DNA of 20,780 bases from assembly GCA_964388265.1 (NCBI GenBank), contig CAYLXZ010000003.1, forward strand, positions 21,145-41,924. Reading direction: 5' to 3'. Position numbers and translations under genes: made by a program. This DNA is from Candidatus Micrarchaeota archaeon (lineage in GTDB: Archaea > B1Sed10-29). The stretch's first letter is position 1; every line of letters begins with the position of its first letter. Below, piece after piece: positions 8,344-16,420 of this stretch. The notes under the pieces were generated by a model. It was not told the origin of the DNA. It searched no databases and saw nothing but the letters and a program-made list of their open reading frames with translations.

Positions 8344-9950
8344 TTTTCCACCTTTTCTTGGATCTGATTTTTTAGTTCATCGGATTTGAATGGTCTTCCA
8401 TCGTACTTCAAAATCTTGTTTTCTTCTTTTATCTGGTAGCCTGTTTTCTCGGCTATGAGTTTACCTAGTAGCCCTGTTGAATTATTCTCTATCAATATAA
8501 CTTTTTCTGAGTTCTCAAGTATTTCTTTTATTTCTTCTGGGAATGGCTTGAGGTAGATTACTTGTAGGAACTTCGCATTTATGTCTTTTAATGCGTCTTT
8601 TATAGCTCCTTTTGTTGATCCCCAGCCAACTATCGTTGTTTCCGTGTTTTTGTCTCCGTGTATCTTGTATTGGGTGTATTTCTCTGCTTCTTTCTTCATT
8701 GTTTCTTGTTTTCTAAGTCTCTTGTCGGTCATTTCAGTGGTTTTCTCTGGGTCTTCTGTTGTTATTCCTTTTTCATTATGTTCGTAGCTTGTTGATTTCA
8801 CTATGTTGATGCCTGGTACGGATCTGGAGCTGTTTCCGTCTTCAGTCTTCTCGTAGTTCTCGTAGAGTCCTTCTTGTTTCTTTTTATCTATGTTTCTATC
8901 TATTTTCTTTATCTCTGGTTCTTTTTGGATTGTGTATTTTGATTCTGCTAAGTGTTTGTCGGATAGTATCACGGCTAGTGACCTGTATTTCTCCGCGAAA
9001 AGGAATGCTTGGTTTGTGGCTTTCATCGCTTCCTTTGGATCGCCTGGTGCTATTGTTACTCTTGGGAACTCTGAGTGGCTTCCTTTCGTAGCTATTTCAA
9101 GGTCTCCTTGAGCTGTATAGGTCGGTATCCCTGTCCCGGCGCCTTCTCTCTGCGCTAGATACAGGACTAGTGGTATTTCGGATACTCCTTGCATGGACAT
9201 GGTTTCCTGCATTAGGTCGTATCCTCCGCCCGAGGTACCTATCATGGTTCTTGATCCTGTGTGGCTCGCTCCTAGTGCTGCGTTCACCGTAGCTAACTCG
9301 TTCTCGGGCTGGAAAGTAAGAATATCTTTCTCTTCCTGCTTCCCAGCCAGTGTATGTAACACTGGTGTGGCTGGGGTCATGGGGTAGGCGAGGTATATAT
9401 CCATACCTGACTTTATAGCTCCTTTGGATACTGCTTGGCTTCCTGTTATCGTTTTTGCTTCTCCGTTTCTTTCTTTTAGGTTTATCTTTGTTTCTGTGGA
9501 TCTGTATCCTTTTTCAGCGGCTTCTTTGTTCTTTCTGGCTATTTCTCCTTGGAATTCTTCATCTATCTTTCTCTCTAATCTATCTAGGTCTATTCCGAGT
9601 TTCTTGGCTAGTGCTCCTGTGTAGGCCATGTTAAGGCTTTTTCCCAGGTCTTCACCATCTTCTATGTCTTTTTTATCTATTTTGAATCCTTGTTTTTTCA
9701 GTCTTTCTCTGTGTTTTTCCGTTGTTTCAGGGGTCATGGCGAGTATTCCATCGAGTTCTTTCTCATGGGAATTTATTTCTTTATCTGAGATTGAGAGAAC
9801 ATCGAAGTTGTGTCCTCCTCTTATGAGTGAGCCGTAGTCTCGGTATGTGAAGGTGTAGTATCCTAGTTTGCTTAGTGTGTCTGCTGTGATGGAGGCTGCT
9901 TTGTCTATGCCTTGTCCTGCTTTTCCTCCGAATAATACATTTATCCTCAT
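8340..9950 (-). CDS. korA: 2-oxoacid:ferredoxin oxidoreductase alpha subunit (gamma-alpha fusion)
   Basis: GGKAGQGI, YGSLIRGGHN, AYPMTPAT, TSGGG, GWGSTKG and ILKYDGRPF. Confidence 0.95.
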   Translation of the reverse strand: MRINVLFGGKAGQGIDKAASITADTLSKLGYYTFTYRDYGSLIRGGHNFDVLSISDKEINSHEKELDGILAMTPETTEKHRERLKKQGFKIDKKDIEDGEDLGKSLNMAYTGALAKKLGIDLDRLERKIDEEFQGEIARKNKEAAEKGYRSTETKINLKERNGEAKTITGSQAVSKGAIKSGMDIYLAYPMTPATPVLHTLAGKQEEKDILTFQPENELATVNAALGASHTGSRTMIGTSGGGYDLMQETMSMQGVSEIPLVLYLAQREGAGTGIPTYTAQGDLEIATKGSHSEFPRVTIAPGDPKEAMKATNQAFLFAEKYRSLAVILSDKHLAESKYTIQKEPEIKKIDRNIDKKKQEGLYENYEKTEDGNSSRSVPGINIVKSTSYEHNEKGITTEDPEKTTEMTDKRLRKQETMKKEAEKYTQYKIHGDKNTETTIVGWGSTKGAIKDALKDINAKFLQVIYLKPFPEEIKEILENSEKVILIENNSTGLLGKLIAEKTGYQIKEENKILKYDGRPFKSDELKNQIQEKVEK

Positions 9951-10004
9951 GTTTTATCGTTCCTGATTAGAGTTAGGTGTTTTTCAATACTAACAAAAGA
10001 TAGG

Positions 10005-10016
10005 TATATAAGGTTT
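10005..10016 (-). promoter_or_regulatory. BRE/TATA promoter of the korAB operon
   Basis: Minus strand reads AAACC-TTATATA, about 55 nt upstream of the korA ATG. Confidence 0.55.
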
Positions 10017-10050
10017 ATTGACGTTGTGTGTCGATTAACGTTGAGTGTCG
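10017..10050. repeat. Tandem 17-bp direct repeat, possible operator
   Basis: ATTGACGTTGTGTGTCG (10017-10033) and ATTAACGTTGAGTGTCG (10034-10050), 15/17 identical. Confidence 0.7.
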
Positions 10051-10084
10051 ATAATTAGGTGGGTTGGGCTGTGGGTTGAAAGGG

Positions 10085-10092
10085 TTTAATAT
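10085..10092 (+). promoter_or_regulatory. TATA box of tRNA-Gly
   Basis: TTTAATAT after a purine-rich GAAAGGG, ending 27 nt before the tRNA 5' end. Confidence 0.55.
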
Positions 10093-10118
10093 CTTGGTAT
10101 TAGTAATTTTATCTGTAG

Positions 10119-10190
10119 GCGCCGGTGATCTAGGGGTATAGATACGAGATTCCCATTCTCGTAACGCGGGTTCGAATCCCGCTCGGCGCA
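10119..10190 (+). tRNA. tRNA-Gly(CCC), intronless, CCA not encoded
   Basis: Acceptor GCGCCGG/TCGGCGC+A, D stem ATCT/AGAT, anticodon arm CGAGA-TTCCCAT-TCTCG, T arm GCGGG-TTCGAAT-CCCGC. Confidence 0.95.
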
Positions 10191-10291
10191 TTAGTGGTTG
10201 TTTGATTGGAGAACTAGAACTGGATAAAGAGTTTATTGGTGAGATTTAAAGAAACTGGTTTCTGTTGGTTTCTGTCTCGGTGTTCTGTGTT

Positions 10292-10513
10292 CTATTCTAC
10301 TACTTTTCCGACTGCGCTTCGTCCTCTGACTTCTGTGATCTCGATTTCTACGTGGTCGCCTTCGTTTGCTCCGTCTACAAAGACCACGAAGTTATCGATC
10401 TTTGCTACACCGTCTCCTTCTTTTCCTTCGCCGATTATGTCTACTTCGTATGTTTCTCCTTCTTCAACCGGCTTCTCGAGGGTGAAGCTGAAGTCTTCGC
10501 CTTCTTCTGCCAT
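10292..10513 (-). CDS. Single TRAM-domain RNA-binding protein
   Basis: KPVEEGETYEVDI, GKEGDGVAKIDNFVVFVDG and EGDHVEIEITEV; SD GGAGGT. Confidence 0.92.
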   Translation of the reverse strand: MAEEGEDFSFTLEKPVEEGETYEVDIIGEGKEGDGVAKIDNFVVFVDGANEGDHVEIEITEVRGRSAVGKVVE

Positions 10514-10671
10514 CTTTCTTTACCTCCTTTCTTTGCTGTAAGAAACAGCTTTCTTACCTATCTTTGTAACTCAGAGTTTAAAAGTAATGGGGTGTTTATT
10601 CATACAGGTTGAAAGGTAAAGTTTATAAACCAAGACATATGCAAGAAAAATACATTGGGAGGTGCAACCAA

Positions 10672-11001
10672 ATGTCCAAAAAGAAGAAAAAGAAGAAGAA
10701 ACTCCGTAAATGGGAAAAACTACCTGAAAGAAAGAAAGAAGAACTAAAAGAAGCTAAAAAGATAGGTAGAGGAGTAGAAGAAAAAGAAGTAAAGGAAGGA
10801 GCAAGGAATATGCTCAAAGAGGAGACTTTCAAGAAAATGAATTCATCCGAAGCTGCTCAAGAAGCAATAAAGAAAGCTGATAAAAGAATCGAAGAACTAC
10901 ATGAGAAAGGAATGATAAATAAAAAAATGAAAGACGCTTTGAAGGCAGGTTCTGGAGAAGAAGAATTAGTGAAATTCAAGAAATTCCTAGAAAAACTGTA
11001 G
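10672..11001 (+). CDS. Hypothetical Lys/Glu-rich helical protein
   Basis: ATG 10672 follows SD GGAGGTG (the ORF track start TTG 10609 lies in the promoter region); codon usage typical of the window; starts MSKKKKKKKK. Confidence 0.7.
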   Translation: MSKKKKKKKKLRKWEKLPERKKEELKEAKKIGRGVEEKEVKEGARNMLKEETFKKMNSSEAAQEAIKKADKRIEELHEKGMINKKMKDALKAGSGEEELVKFKKFLEKL

Positions 11002-11015
11002 AAAGAGAATCGATA

Positions 11016-11663
11016 ATGAATATCGAGCAACAGTATCATGAAATCCTCGAGTTCTTCAAAAACAAGTATAGCGATCTAGATACCGCTGCAGAGGAGAATT
11101 CTAATAATGCATTCACTACCCTAGTCAGCTGCATTATATCACAGAGAACAAAGGAAGAGAGGACAAAGAAGGCCAGCGAAAACCTATTTAAACTAGCTAA
11201 TTCTCCGGAACAGATGAAAGAATTAACCGAAGAAGAAATCAAAGAGACCATAAAGCCAGCTGGAATGTACAACCAAAAAGCAGAAAGAATAAAAAAGGCC
11301 ACGAAGAGGATTCTAAACGAATACGATGGAGAGGTACCTAGATCCAGAGATGAGCTCATGAAGCTACCAGGAGTCGGCTACAAAACAGCCGACGTCACCA
11401 GATGCTTCGGATTCAACATAAACACAATACCAGTAGATACACATGTCAATAGAATACCAAAAAGATGGGGATGGATACCAGAAGAAGCTTCAAAGGAAGA
11501 AGTAAAACAGAAACTTGAAGAAATAGTTCCAGAGGAAGAATACAGATTCTTCCACGTTGCATTAATACACTTTGGCAGAGAAATATGTCTACCTAGAAAC
11601 CCGAACTGCGGAGAATGCCCATTCACAAATTTCTGTGAATACTACAAAGAAAATAAGACCTGA
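11016..11663 (+). CDS. nth: Endonuclease III (HhH-GPD DNA glycosylase)
   Basis: IISQRT, LPGVGYKTA (HhH Lys), VDTHV (Asp) and the [4Fe-4S] motif C-x6-C-x2-C-x5-C. Confidence 0.95.
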   Translation: MNIEQQYHEILEFFKNKYSDLDTAAEENSNNAFTTLVSCIISQRTKEERTKKASENLFKLANSPEQMKELTEEEIKETIKPAGMYNQKAERIKKATKRILNEYDGEVPRSRDELMKLPGVGYKTADVTRCFGFNINTIPVDTHVNRIPKRWGWIPEEASKEEVKQKLEEIVPEEEYRFFHVALIHFGREICLPRNPNCGECPFTNFCEYYKENKT

Positions 11664-11772
11664 CATAGATCTAGAGAAAGTACATTATAACCTAACTCAC
11701 AACCTCGAAGACTTTGACAAGTTCGAGAAACACATCGCTAAATACATAAAAAAGAAAGATAAAAGACAGTAA
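11662..11772 (+). pseudogene. C-terminal remnant resembling a DUF86/HepT-type HEPN ribonuclease
   Basis: Reads DIDLEKVHYNLTHNLEDFDKFEKHIAKYIKKKDKRQ*, resembling the helix pair that follows the RxxxxH motif in DUF86 proteins. It has no start of its own and begins at the nth stop codon. Confidence 0.45.
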
Positions 11773-11823
11773 AAGAACTGAAAAAAGCGCTATCAGGAGA
11801 ACCCAATAGCTTATAAAAGGTTT

Positions 11824-12051
11824 CTATATCTCGGTTAGGGCTTCTTTCATGAATTCCACAGCGTCTTCGTTGTCAGCTGAGAATCCAAATCCAGATTTAT
11901 ACGTCTTTTCTCCATCGTTGTTGTAGAATCCTTTGGAGAAGTTTATGAACTCGGTTTCTCCGTCGTCTCCCTTCACTTTCTTTCTGGATACTTCGATGAA
12001 GTTGTTTCCGTATTCAAATTCTTTTTCATTGATCGTTTCGTATTCAGCCAT
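11824..12051 (-). CDS. Small acidic protein, possible PC4/PUR-like single-stranded nucleic-acid binding fold
   Basis: 75 aa with aromatic-rich beta strands (NNFIEVSRKK, EFINFSKGFY, YKSGFGF) and a C-terminal helix; SD GGTGA; TATA TTTATATT upstream on the minus strand. Confidence 0.65.
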   Translation of the reverse strand: MAEYETINEKEFEYGNNFIEVSRKKVKGDDGETEFINFSKGFYNNDGEKTYKSGFGFSADNEDAVEFMKEALTEI

Positions 12052-12156
12052 TTAAATCACCTTTTAATTTATTAATTGTTAAAGTTATGTTGTCAAAGGA
12101 ATATAAATCCCCAGCGTTTTACCTAAACCAAGTTAAACCAGGAGGAAAGGAACCCG

Positions 12157-14421
12157 ATGCCCCAATACGTAAAATCACTAGAACAGACCAATGCCAAAGA
12201 CAAGGAACTAGTAGGAGGTAAAAACGCTAACCTAGGTGAACTAGCCAACGAAATAGGAGTCCCAGTACCACCAGGATACATAGTAACCACAGACTCCTAT
12301 AGAGAGTTCCTAGATGAAAACAAGCTCGACAGAAAGATCAGAAACAAACTAAAAGAACTAAAAGACCCAGAAAACACAGAGAAACTTCACGAAGTAGGAG
12401 AAAAAGTAAGAAAAATGATTAAAAACGGAGAGATACCAAGCGAGATAAAGAAAGAGATCAAGAAACACCACAAAGAACTAAAAGAGAAGATAGATAGAGA
12501 GCCAGAGGTCGCGGTCAGGTCAAGCGCAACAGCCGAAGACCTAAAAGGCTCAAGCTTCGCAGGACAACAAGAAACCTACCTCAACATCAAAGGAATCCAG
12601 AAAGTACTGGAATCCGTGAAGAAATGCTTCGCATCACTATACACTAACCGAGCAATATACTACAGAGAAAAGAAGGGATTCAGCCACCTAGAATCCGCAT
12701 TATCCGCAGCAGTGCAGCTAATGGTGGACTCCGAGTGCTCAGGAGTAATGTTCACACTAGACCTAAGGGACGGAGACACTGACACTGTTACGATAGAAGG
12801 ATCATGGGGACTAGGAGAATACATAGTACAAGGAACCGTGACACCCGACACATACTTCATAGACAAAGAAACACTCCAGATAAAGGAAAAGAAGATACCT
12901 GAGAAAAAGAAACAGCTAGTTAACAAACCAGAAGGAGGAACAGAGGAGAAAGAAGTTCCTGAAGAGAAAAGAGAGAAACAGATCCTGCCAGATGAAAGAG
13001 TAATCGACCTAGCCCGATACGCAATCCAGATAGAGAAACACTACGACTTCCCACAGGACATAGAATGGGGATTAGACAAGAACCAAGACAAGCTATACAT
13101 ACTGCAGAGCAGGCCAGAGACAGCTTGGAGCGAGAAAAAAATAGAAAAGAAAGGAAAAGCCAAAGGCGAGAAGATACTATCAGGTTTAGCAGCCAGCCCA
13201 GGAATGGGACACGGAAAGGCAAAAATAGTCCATGACCTCGAGGAACTGGACAAAGTAAAGAAAGGGGACATACTAGTAACAGAGATGACAAGCCCAGACA
13301 TGGTTCCAGGAATGAAAAGAGCAAGCGCCATAGCAACAGACGAAGGAGGATTAACGTCTCACGCCGCAATAGTTTCCAGAGAACTGGGAACACCATGCGT
13401 AGTAGGAACAGGAGAAGCAACAGAGAAAATAAAAGACGAACAAGTGGTGAGCGTGGATGGAACACACGGAGAGATATTCAAAGGAGTAGTAGAAGCTGAA
13501 GCGCATGAAGAAGAAAAAGGACCAGTACCAGAGACAGACACCAACATATACGTCAACCTAGGAGTACCCGACATAGCCGAAGAAGTAGCTAAGAAACCAG
13601 TGGACGGAGTAGGGCTCATGAGAGAAGAATTCATACTCGCAACACACGTAAAAGAACATCCCTTATCACTCATAGAAAAAGGAAAACAAGAAAAACTCGT
13701 GAATAAGCTGTCAGAAGGAGTGTCAAAAGTAGCAAAAGCCTTCAAACCAAGAAAAGTCGTACTAAGACTAAGCGACTTCAAAACCAATGAATACAGAAAA
13801 CTCGAAGGCGGAGAAAAACACGAACCACAGGAAAGCAATCCAATGATAGGGTGGAGAGGATGCTCCAGATACATATCCGACAAGTTCAAACCAGCATTCA
13901 AACTCGAACTAGAAGCCGTGAAAAAAGCCAGAAAGAAACACAAGAACATCTACCTAATGCTACCTTTCGTAAGAACAATCAAAGAAATAAAAGAAGTCGA
14001 AAAAATGATGAAAAAACAAGGACTGGAAAGAGGGAAAGATGACCTGCAGGTCTGGATGATGGCAGAAATACCTTCCAACGTCCTTTTAACCAAGGAGTTC
14101 GCCGAATACTGCGACGGATTCTCAATAGGAACCAACGACCTAACTCAACTCATGCTAGGAGCGGACAGAGACTCTGAGATACTAGCAGATCTAGGAGTAT
14201 TCGATCAAAGAAACAAAGCCGTGAAGAAAGCAATAGAAAAGATAATCGAAAAAGCACACCAGGAAGACAAGACAGTCAGCATATGCGGACAGCTACCAAG
14301 CATCTACCCAGAGTTCTCCAAGTTCCTAGTGGAAAAAGGAATAGACTCAATCTCCGTGAACCCGGACACCGTGGAGAAAGTTAAGAGAATAGTCGCAGAA
14401 GCCGAAGAGGAATCAAAATGA
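12157..14421 (+). CDS. ppsA: Phosphoenolpyruvate synthase (pyruvate, water dikinase)
   Basis: VGGKNANLGEL, VAVRSSATAED, SFAGQQETYLN, QDIEW, QSRPET, GGLTSHAAIVSRE (phospho-His), NPMIGWRG and FSIGTNDLTQ; no intein seen. Confidence 0.97.
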   Translation: MPQYVKSLEQTNAKDKELVGGKNANLGELANEIGVPVPPGYIVTTDSYREFLDENKLDRKIRNKLKELKDPENTEKLHEVGEKVRKMIKNGEIPSEIKKEIKKHHKELKEKIDREPEVAVRSSATAEDLKGSSFAGQQETYLNIKGIQKVLESVKKCFASLYTNRAIYYREKKGFSHLESALSAAVQLMVDSECSGVMFTLDLRDGDTDTVTIEGSWGLGEYIVQGTVTPDTYFIDKETLQIKEKKIPEKKKQLVNKPEGGTEEKEVPEEKREKQILPDERVIDLARYAIQIEKHYDFPQDIEWGLDKNQDKLYILQSRPETAWSEKKIEKKGKAKGEKILSGLAASPGMGHGKAKIVHDLEELDKVKKGDILVTEMTSPDMVPGMKRASAIATDEGGLTSHAAIVSRELGTPCVVGTGEATEKIKDEQVVSVDGTHGEIFKGVVEAEAHEEEKGPVPETDTNIYVNLGVPDIAEEVAKKPVDGVGLMREEFILATHVKEHPLSLIEKGKQEKLVNKLSEGVSKVAKAFKPRKVVLRLSDFKTNEYRKLEGGEKHEPQESNPMIGWRGCSRYISDKFKPAFKLELEAVKKARKKHKNIYLMLPFVRTIKEIKEVEKMMKKQGLERGKDDLQVWMMAEIPSNVLLTKEFAEYCDGFSIGTNDLTQLMLGADRDSEILADLGVFDQRNKAVKKAIEKIIEKAHQEDKTVSICGQLPSIYPEFSKFLVEKGIDSISVNPDTVEKVKRIVAEAEEESK

Positions 14422-15626
14422 CCAATAGAACCCTATCTAGAAGAACCGAGAACATAGTTGGCTCTCCAATAAGAAGAATAACTCGGCTACTCGAAGAAGC
14501 CGGAGAAAAAGAATCAGTAATAAGCTTTGGAGGCGGAGCACCAAGCCTAGCACCACCACAAGAATCAATAGATTACCTAGCAAAGAAACTAAGAGAAGAA
14601 CCACAGAAATCAGTATCCTACGGCTCCACACCAGGAAAACCAAAAACCAGAGAAATAATCACTGATTTACTTAAAAAAGAAGAAGACGTAGAAGTGGATC
14701 CGGAGAAAGAACTCACTATGACCCATGGAGGAACACAAGGACTCTACGCAACACTACAAACCCTGATCGACCCAGGTCAAGAAGTAATAATCCAAGACCC
14801 CGAGTACGTAGGGTATCCGCAGGCAATAAAACTCGCAGGAGGAAAAATAAACCAAGTGCCCACCACATGGCAAGAAGACTTCCAGATGACACCAGAAAAA
14901 ATCAATGAAGCAATAACACAAGACACAGAGGTAATAATGACGATTTCACCCGACAACCCAACAGGCAGGATGCTCACACAGGAAAACCTGAAAGGAATAG
15001 TAGAGATAGCGGAAGATGAAGACCTATGGCTAATCACGGACGACATCTACAAAGACGTAATATACGGAAACTCCGAATTCGTAAACTCAAGAGAATACGG
15101 AGCCAGAGAAAACACAATAACCTGCAGCAGTTTCTCCAAAACCGCTTCAATACCAGGAATGAGACTAGGATACACCTATGGTCCAGAGGACTTCATCAAA
15201 AACATGACACAGCTACTTCAATACGAAGCACTATGCATAGCTCACCCACCACAGATATTCATACAACACTTCCTAAGAAACAAAGGAAAACACAAGGAAA
15301 AATACATAAACGAAACAGTTCTACCAACTTACAGGCGCAGAAAAAACGTAATGAAGGAAGAACTAGAAAATAAGCTACCAGAAGCAGGGTTTACTGATCC
15401 AGAAGGAGCATTCTATTTCTTCGTAGACATGTCAAGCTACCTAGATAACTTTGAAGACGAGGAGAACTTCTCCACCTCTTTATACGAAGAGTCAGAGGTC
15501 GTTGTAATACCAGGAGGGTACTTCGGAGATGAAGGAGAAAATCACGTGAGATTCACTTTTGTATCTGAACCTGAAGAAAGAATAAGAGAAGGAATAGAGA
15601 GAATAAGTGAATTCCTAGGGTCTTAG
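14418..15626 (+). CDS. PLP-dependent aminotransferase class I/II (aspartate/aromatic type)
   Basis: SPDNPTG, TDDIY, SFSKTASIPGMRLG (PLP Lys), PEGAFY and VIPG; ATGA overlap with ppsA. Confidence 0.94.
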   Translation: MTNRTLSRRTENIVGSPIRRITRLLEEAGEKESVISFGGGAPSLAPPQESIDYLAKKLREEPQKSVSYGSTPGKPKTREIITDLLKKEEDVEVDPEKELTMTHGGTQGLYATLQTLIDPGQEVIIQDPEYVGYPQAIKLAGGKINQVPTTWQEDFQMTPEKINEAITQDTEVIMTISPDNPTGRMLTQENLKGIVEIAEDEDLWLITDDIYKDVIYGNSEFVNSREYGARENTITCSSFSKTASIPGMRLGYTYGPEDFIKNMTQLLQYEALCIAHPPQIFIQHFLRNKGKHKEKYINETVLPTYRRRKNVMKEELENKLPEAGFTDPEGAFYFFVDMSSYLDNFEDEENFSTSLYEESEVVVIPGGYFGDEGENHVRFTFVSEPEERIREGIERISEFLGS

Positions 15627-15647
15627 TGAGAATCCTTATTAATAATA

Positions 15648-15662
15648 AACTCGATGAGTATT
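15648..15662. promoter_or_regulatory. Putative operator AACTCGATGAGTATT (copy 2) in the tRNA-Gln promoter
   Basis: Identical to 5183-5197; lies between a TATA-like TTATTAAT (15636-15643) and the tRNA start. Confidence 0.45.
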
Positions 15663-15679
15663 CATTTACGTTGTGATAT

Positions 15680-15784
15680 AGCCCCGTGGTGTAGTGGTCA
15701 AGTTCTTTCTGAAAAGGAAAGAGCTACATAAAAGCATCGCAGGCCCTGGACCTGCTGACAGCGGTTCGAATCCGCTCGGGGCTA
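15680..15784 (+). tRNA. tRNA-Gln(CTG) with a 32-nt non-canonical D-loop intron
   Basis: Removing 15700-15731 gives a 73-nt cloverleaf: AGCCCCG TG GTGT AGTGGTCAA GCAT C GCAGG CCCTGGA CCTGC TGAC AGCGG TTCGAAT CCGCT CGGGGCT A. A1-U72 matches archaeal tRNA-Gln. Anticodon at 15746-15748. Confidence 0.92.
15700..15731 (+). other. tRNA intron at position 20a/20b (D-loop)
   Basis: BHB: central helix GTGG/ACAT (one G.A mismatch), bulges TCA and AAA, intron stem AGTTCTTTC/GAAAGAGCT. A flanking AAG repeat makes the boundaries ambiguous by up to 3 nt; BHB geometry selects this register. Confidence 0.8.
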
Positions 15785-15801
15785 TCTTTAGCTACTTTGA
15801 C

Positions 15802-15824
15802 ATCTAACTCTCTCGAGGTTAGAT
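15802..15824. terminator. Inverted repeat between convergent tRNA-Gln and an ORFan; possible terminator or processing hairpin
   Basis: ATCTAAC (15802-15808) and GTTAGAT (15818-15824). Confidence 0.35.
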
Positions 15825-15838
15825 ACCCCAAACTTCTT

Positions 15839-16225
15839 TTAGTTCCTTGCTAGTTCTTTCTCGTATGCTTTTGCTGGTCTTAATGGATGGGTTTCTCCGT
15901 CTACGAATAGAGCCATCTCTCCTGTTGCTCTGTTCATTATTAATGCGTAGTCTGAGTTTTCTCCGTGTTTTGCTAGGAATTGCTCTAGTTCTGTTTCTTC
16001 TTTGTGTTGTAGTCCAGCGTATCTTACTGCTTTTATTATGTTCTCTGGATCTGTTTTGCTTATGGTTACGTCTAGTTGTGGGTCTTTGTTTTTTCTTCGG
16101 AGTTCTGCTCGTTGTTCTAGTATTTGTCTGTATCTTTGTACGCTTTTTCCGTTTGGGTGGGTGGTTATTATTTTCACATCGGGCTTTAGCCCTTTGGGTT
16201 GGCTGGGTGAGCCTTCCTGGTTCAT
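15839..16225 (-). CDS. Hypothetical protein
   Basis: 128 aa with typical A/C-ending codon usage; SD GGGAGGGG upstream; TATA TTTATATT near 16287-16294 on the minus strand. No family recognised. Confidence 0.75.
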   Translation of the reverse strand: MNQEGSPSQPKGLKPDVKIITTHPNGKSVQRYRQILEQRAELRRKNKDPQLDVTISKTDPENIIKAVRYAGLQHKEETELEQFLAKHGENSDYALIMNRATGEMALFVDGETHPLRPAKAYEKELARN

Positions 16226-16420
16226 CGTATCTCCCCTCCCTTTTATCGGGTGGGTTGTCTATTCGCGTAACTTAACAAACGCTTCTAATATAAATGTATC
16301 GAATTCTATGTAAAATAATTGAATCTCCAGGTTTGAAAACTGAATTTAATATACTTAAACCACGTTAAAACATTGAATGAAGAGATATTGAATGGTTTAC
16401 TCCAGGGTTTCCTGGGTAAA

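Noticed and set aside
9996..10565. AAAGATAGGTA inverted copies flanking tRNA-Gly and TRAM; ACAAAGATAG also before tRNA-Pro
   Set aside because: Short A-rich words with inconsistent orientation and spacing; no transposase or target duplication.
16318..16394. Three ATTGAAT words resembling CRISPR repeat ends
   Set aside because: They are only 7-8 nt long, irregularly spaced, with no full repeats and no cas genes.
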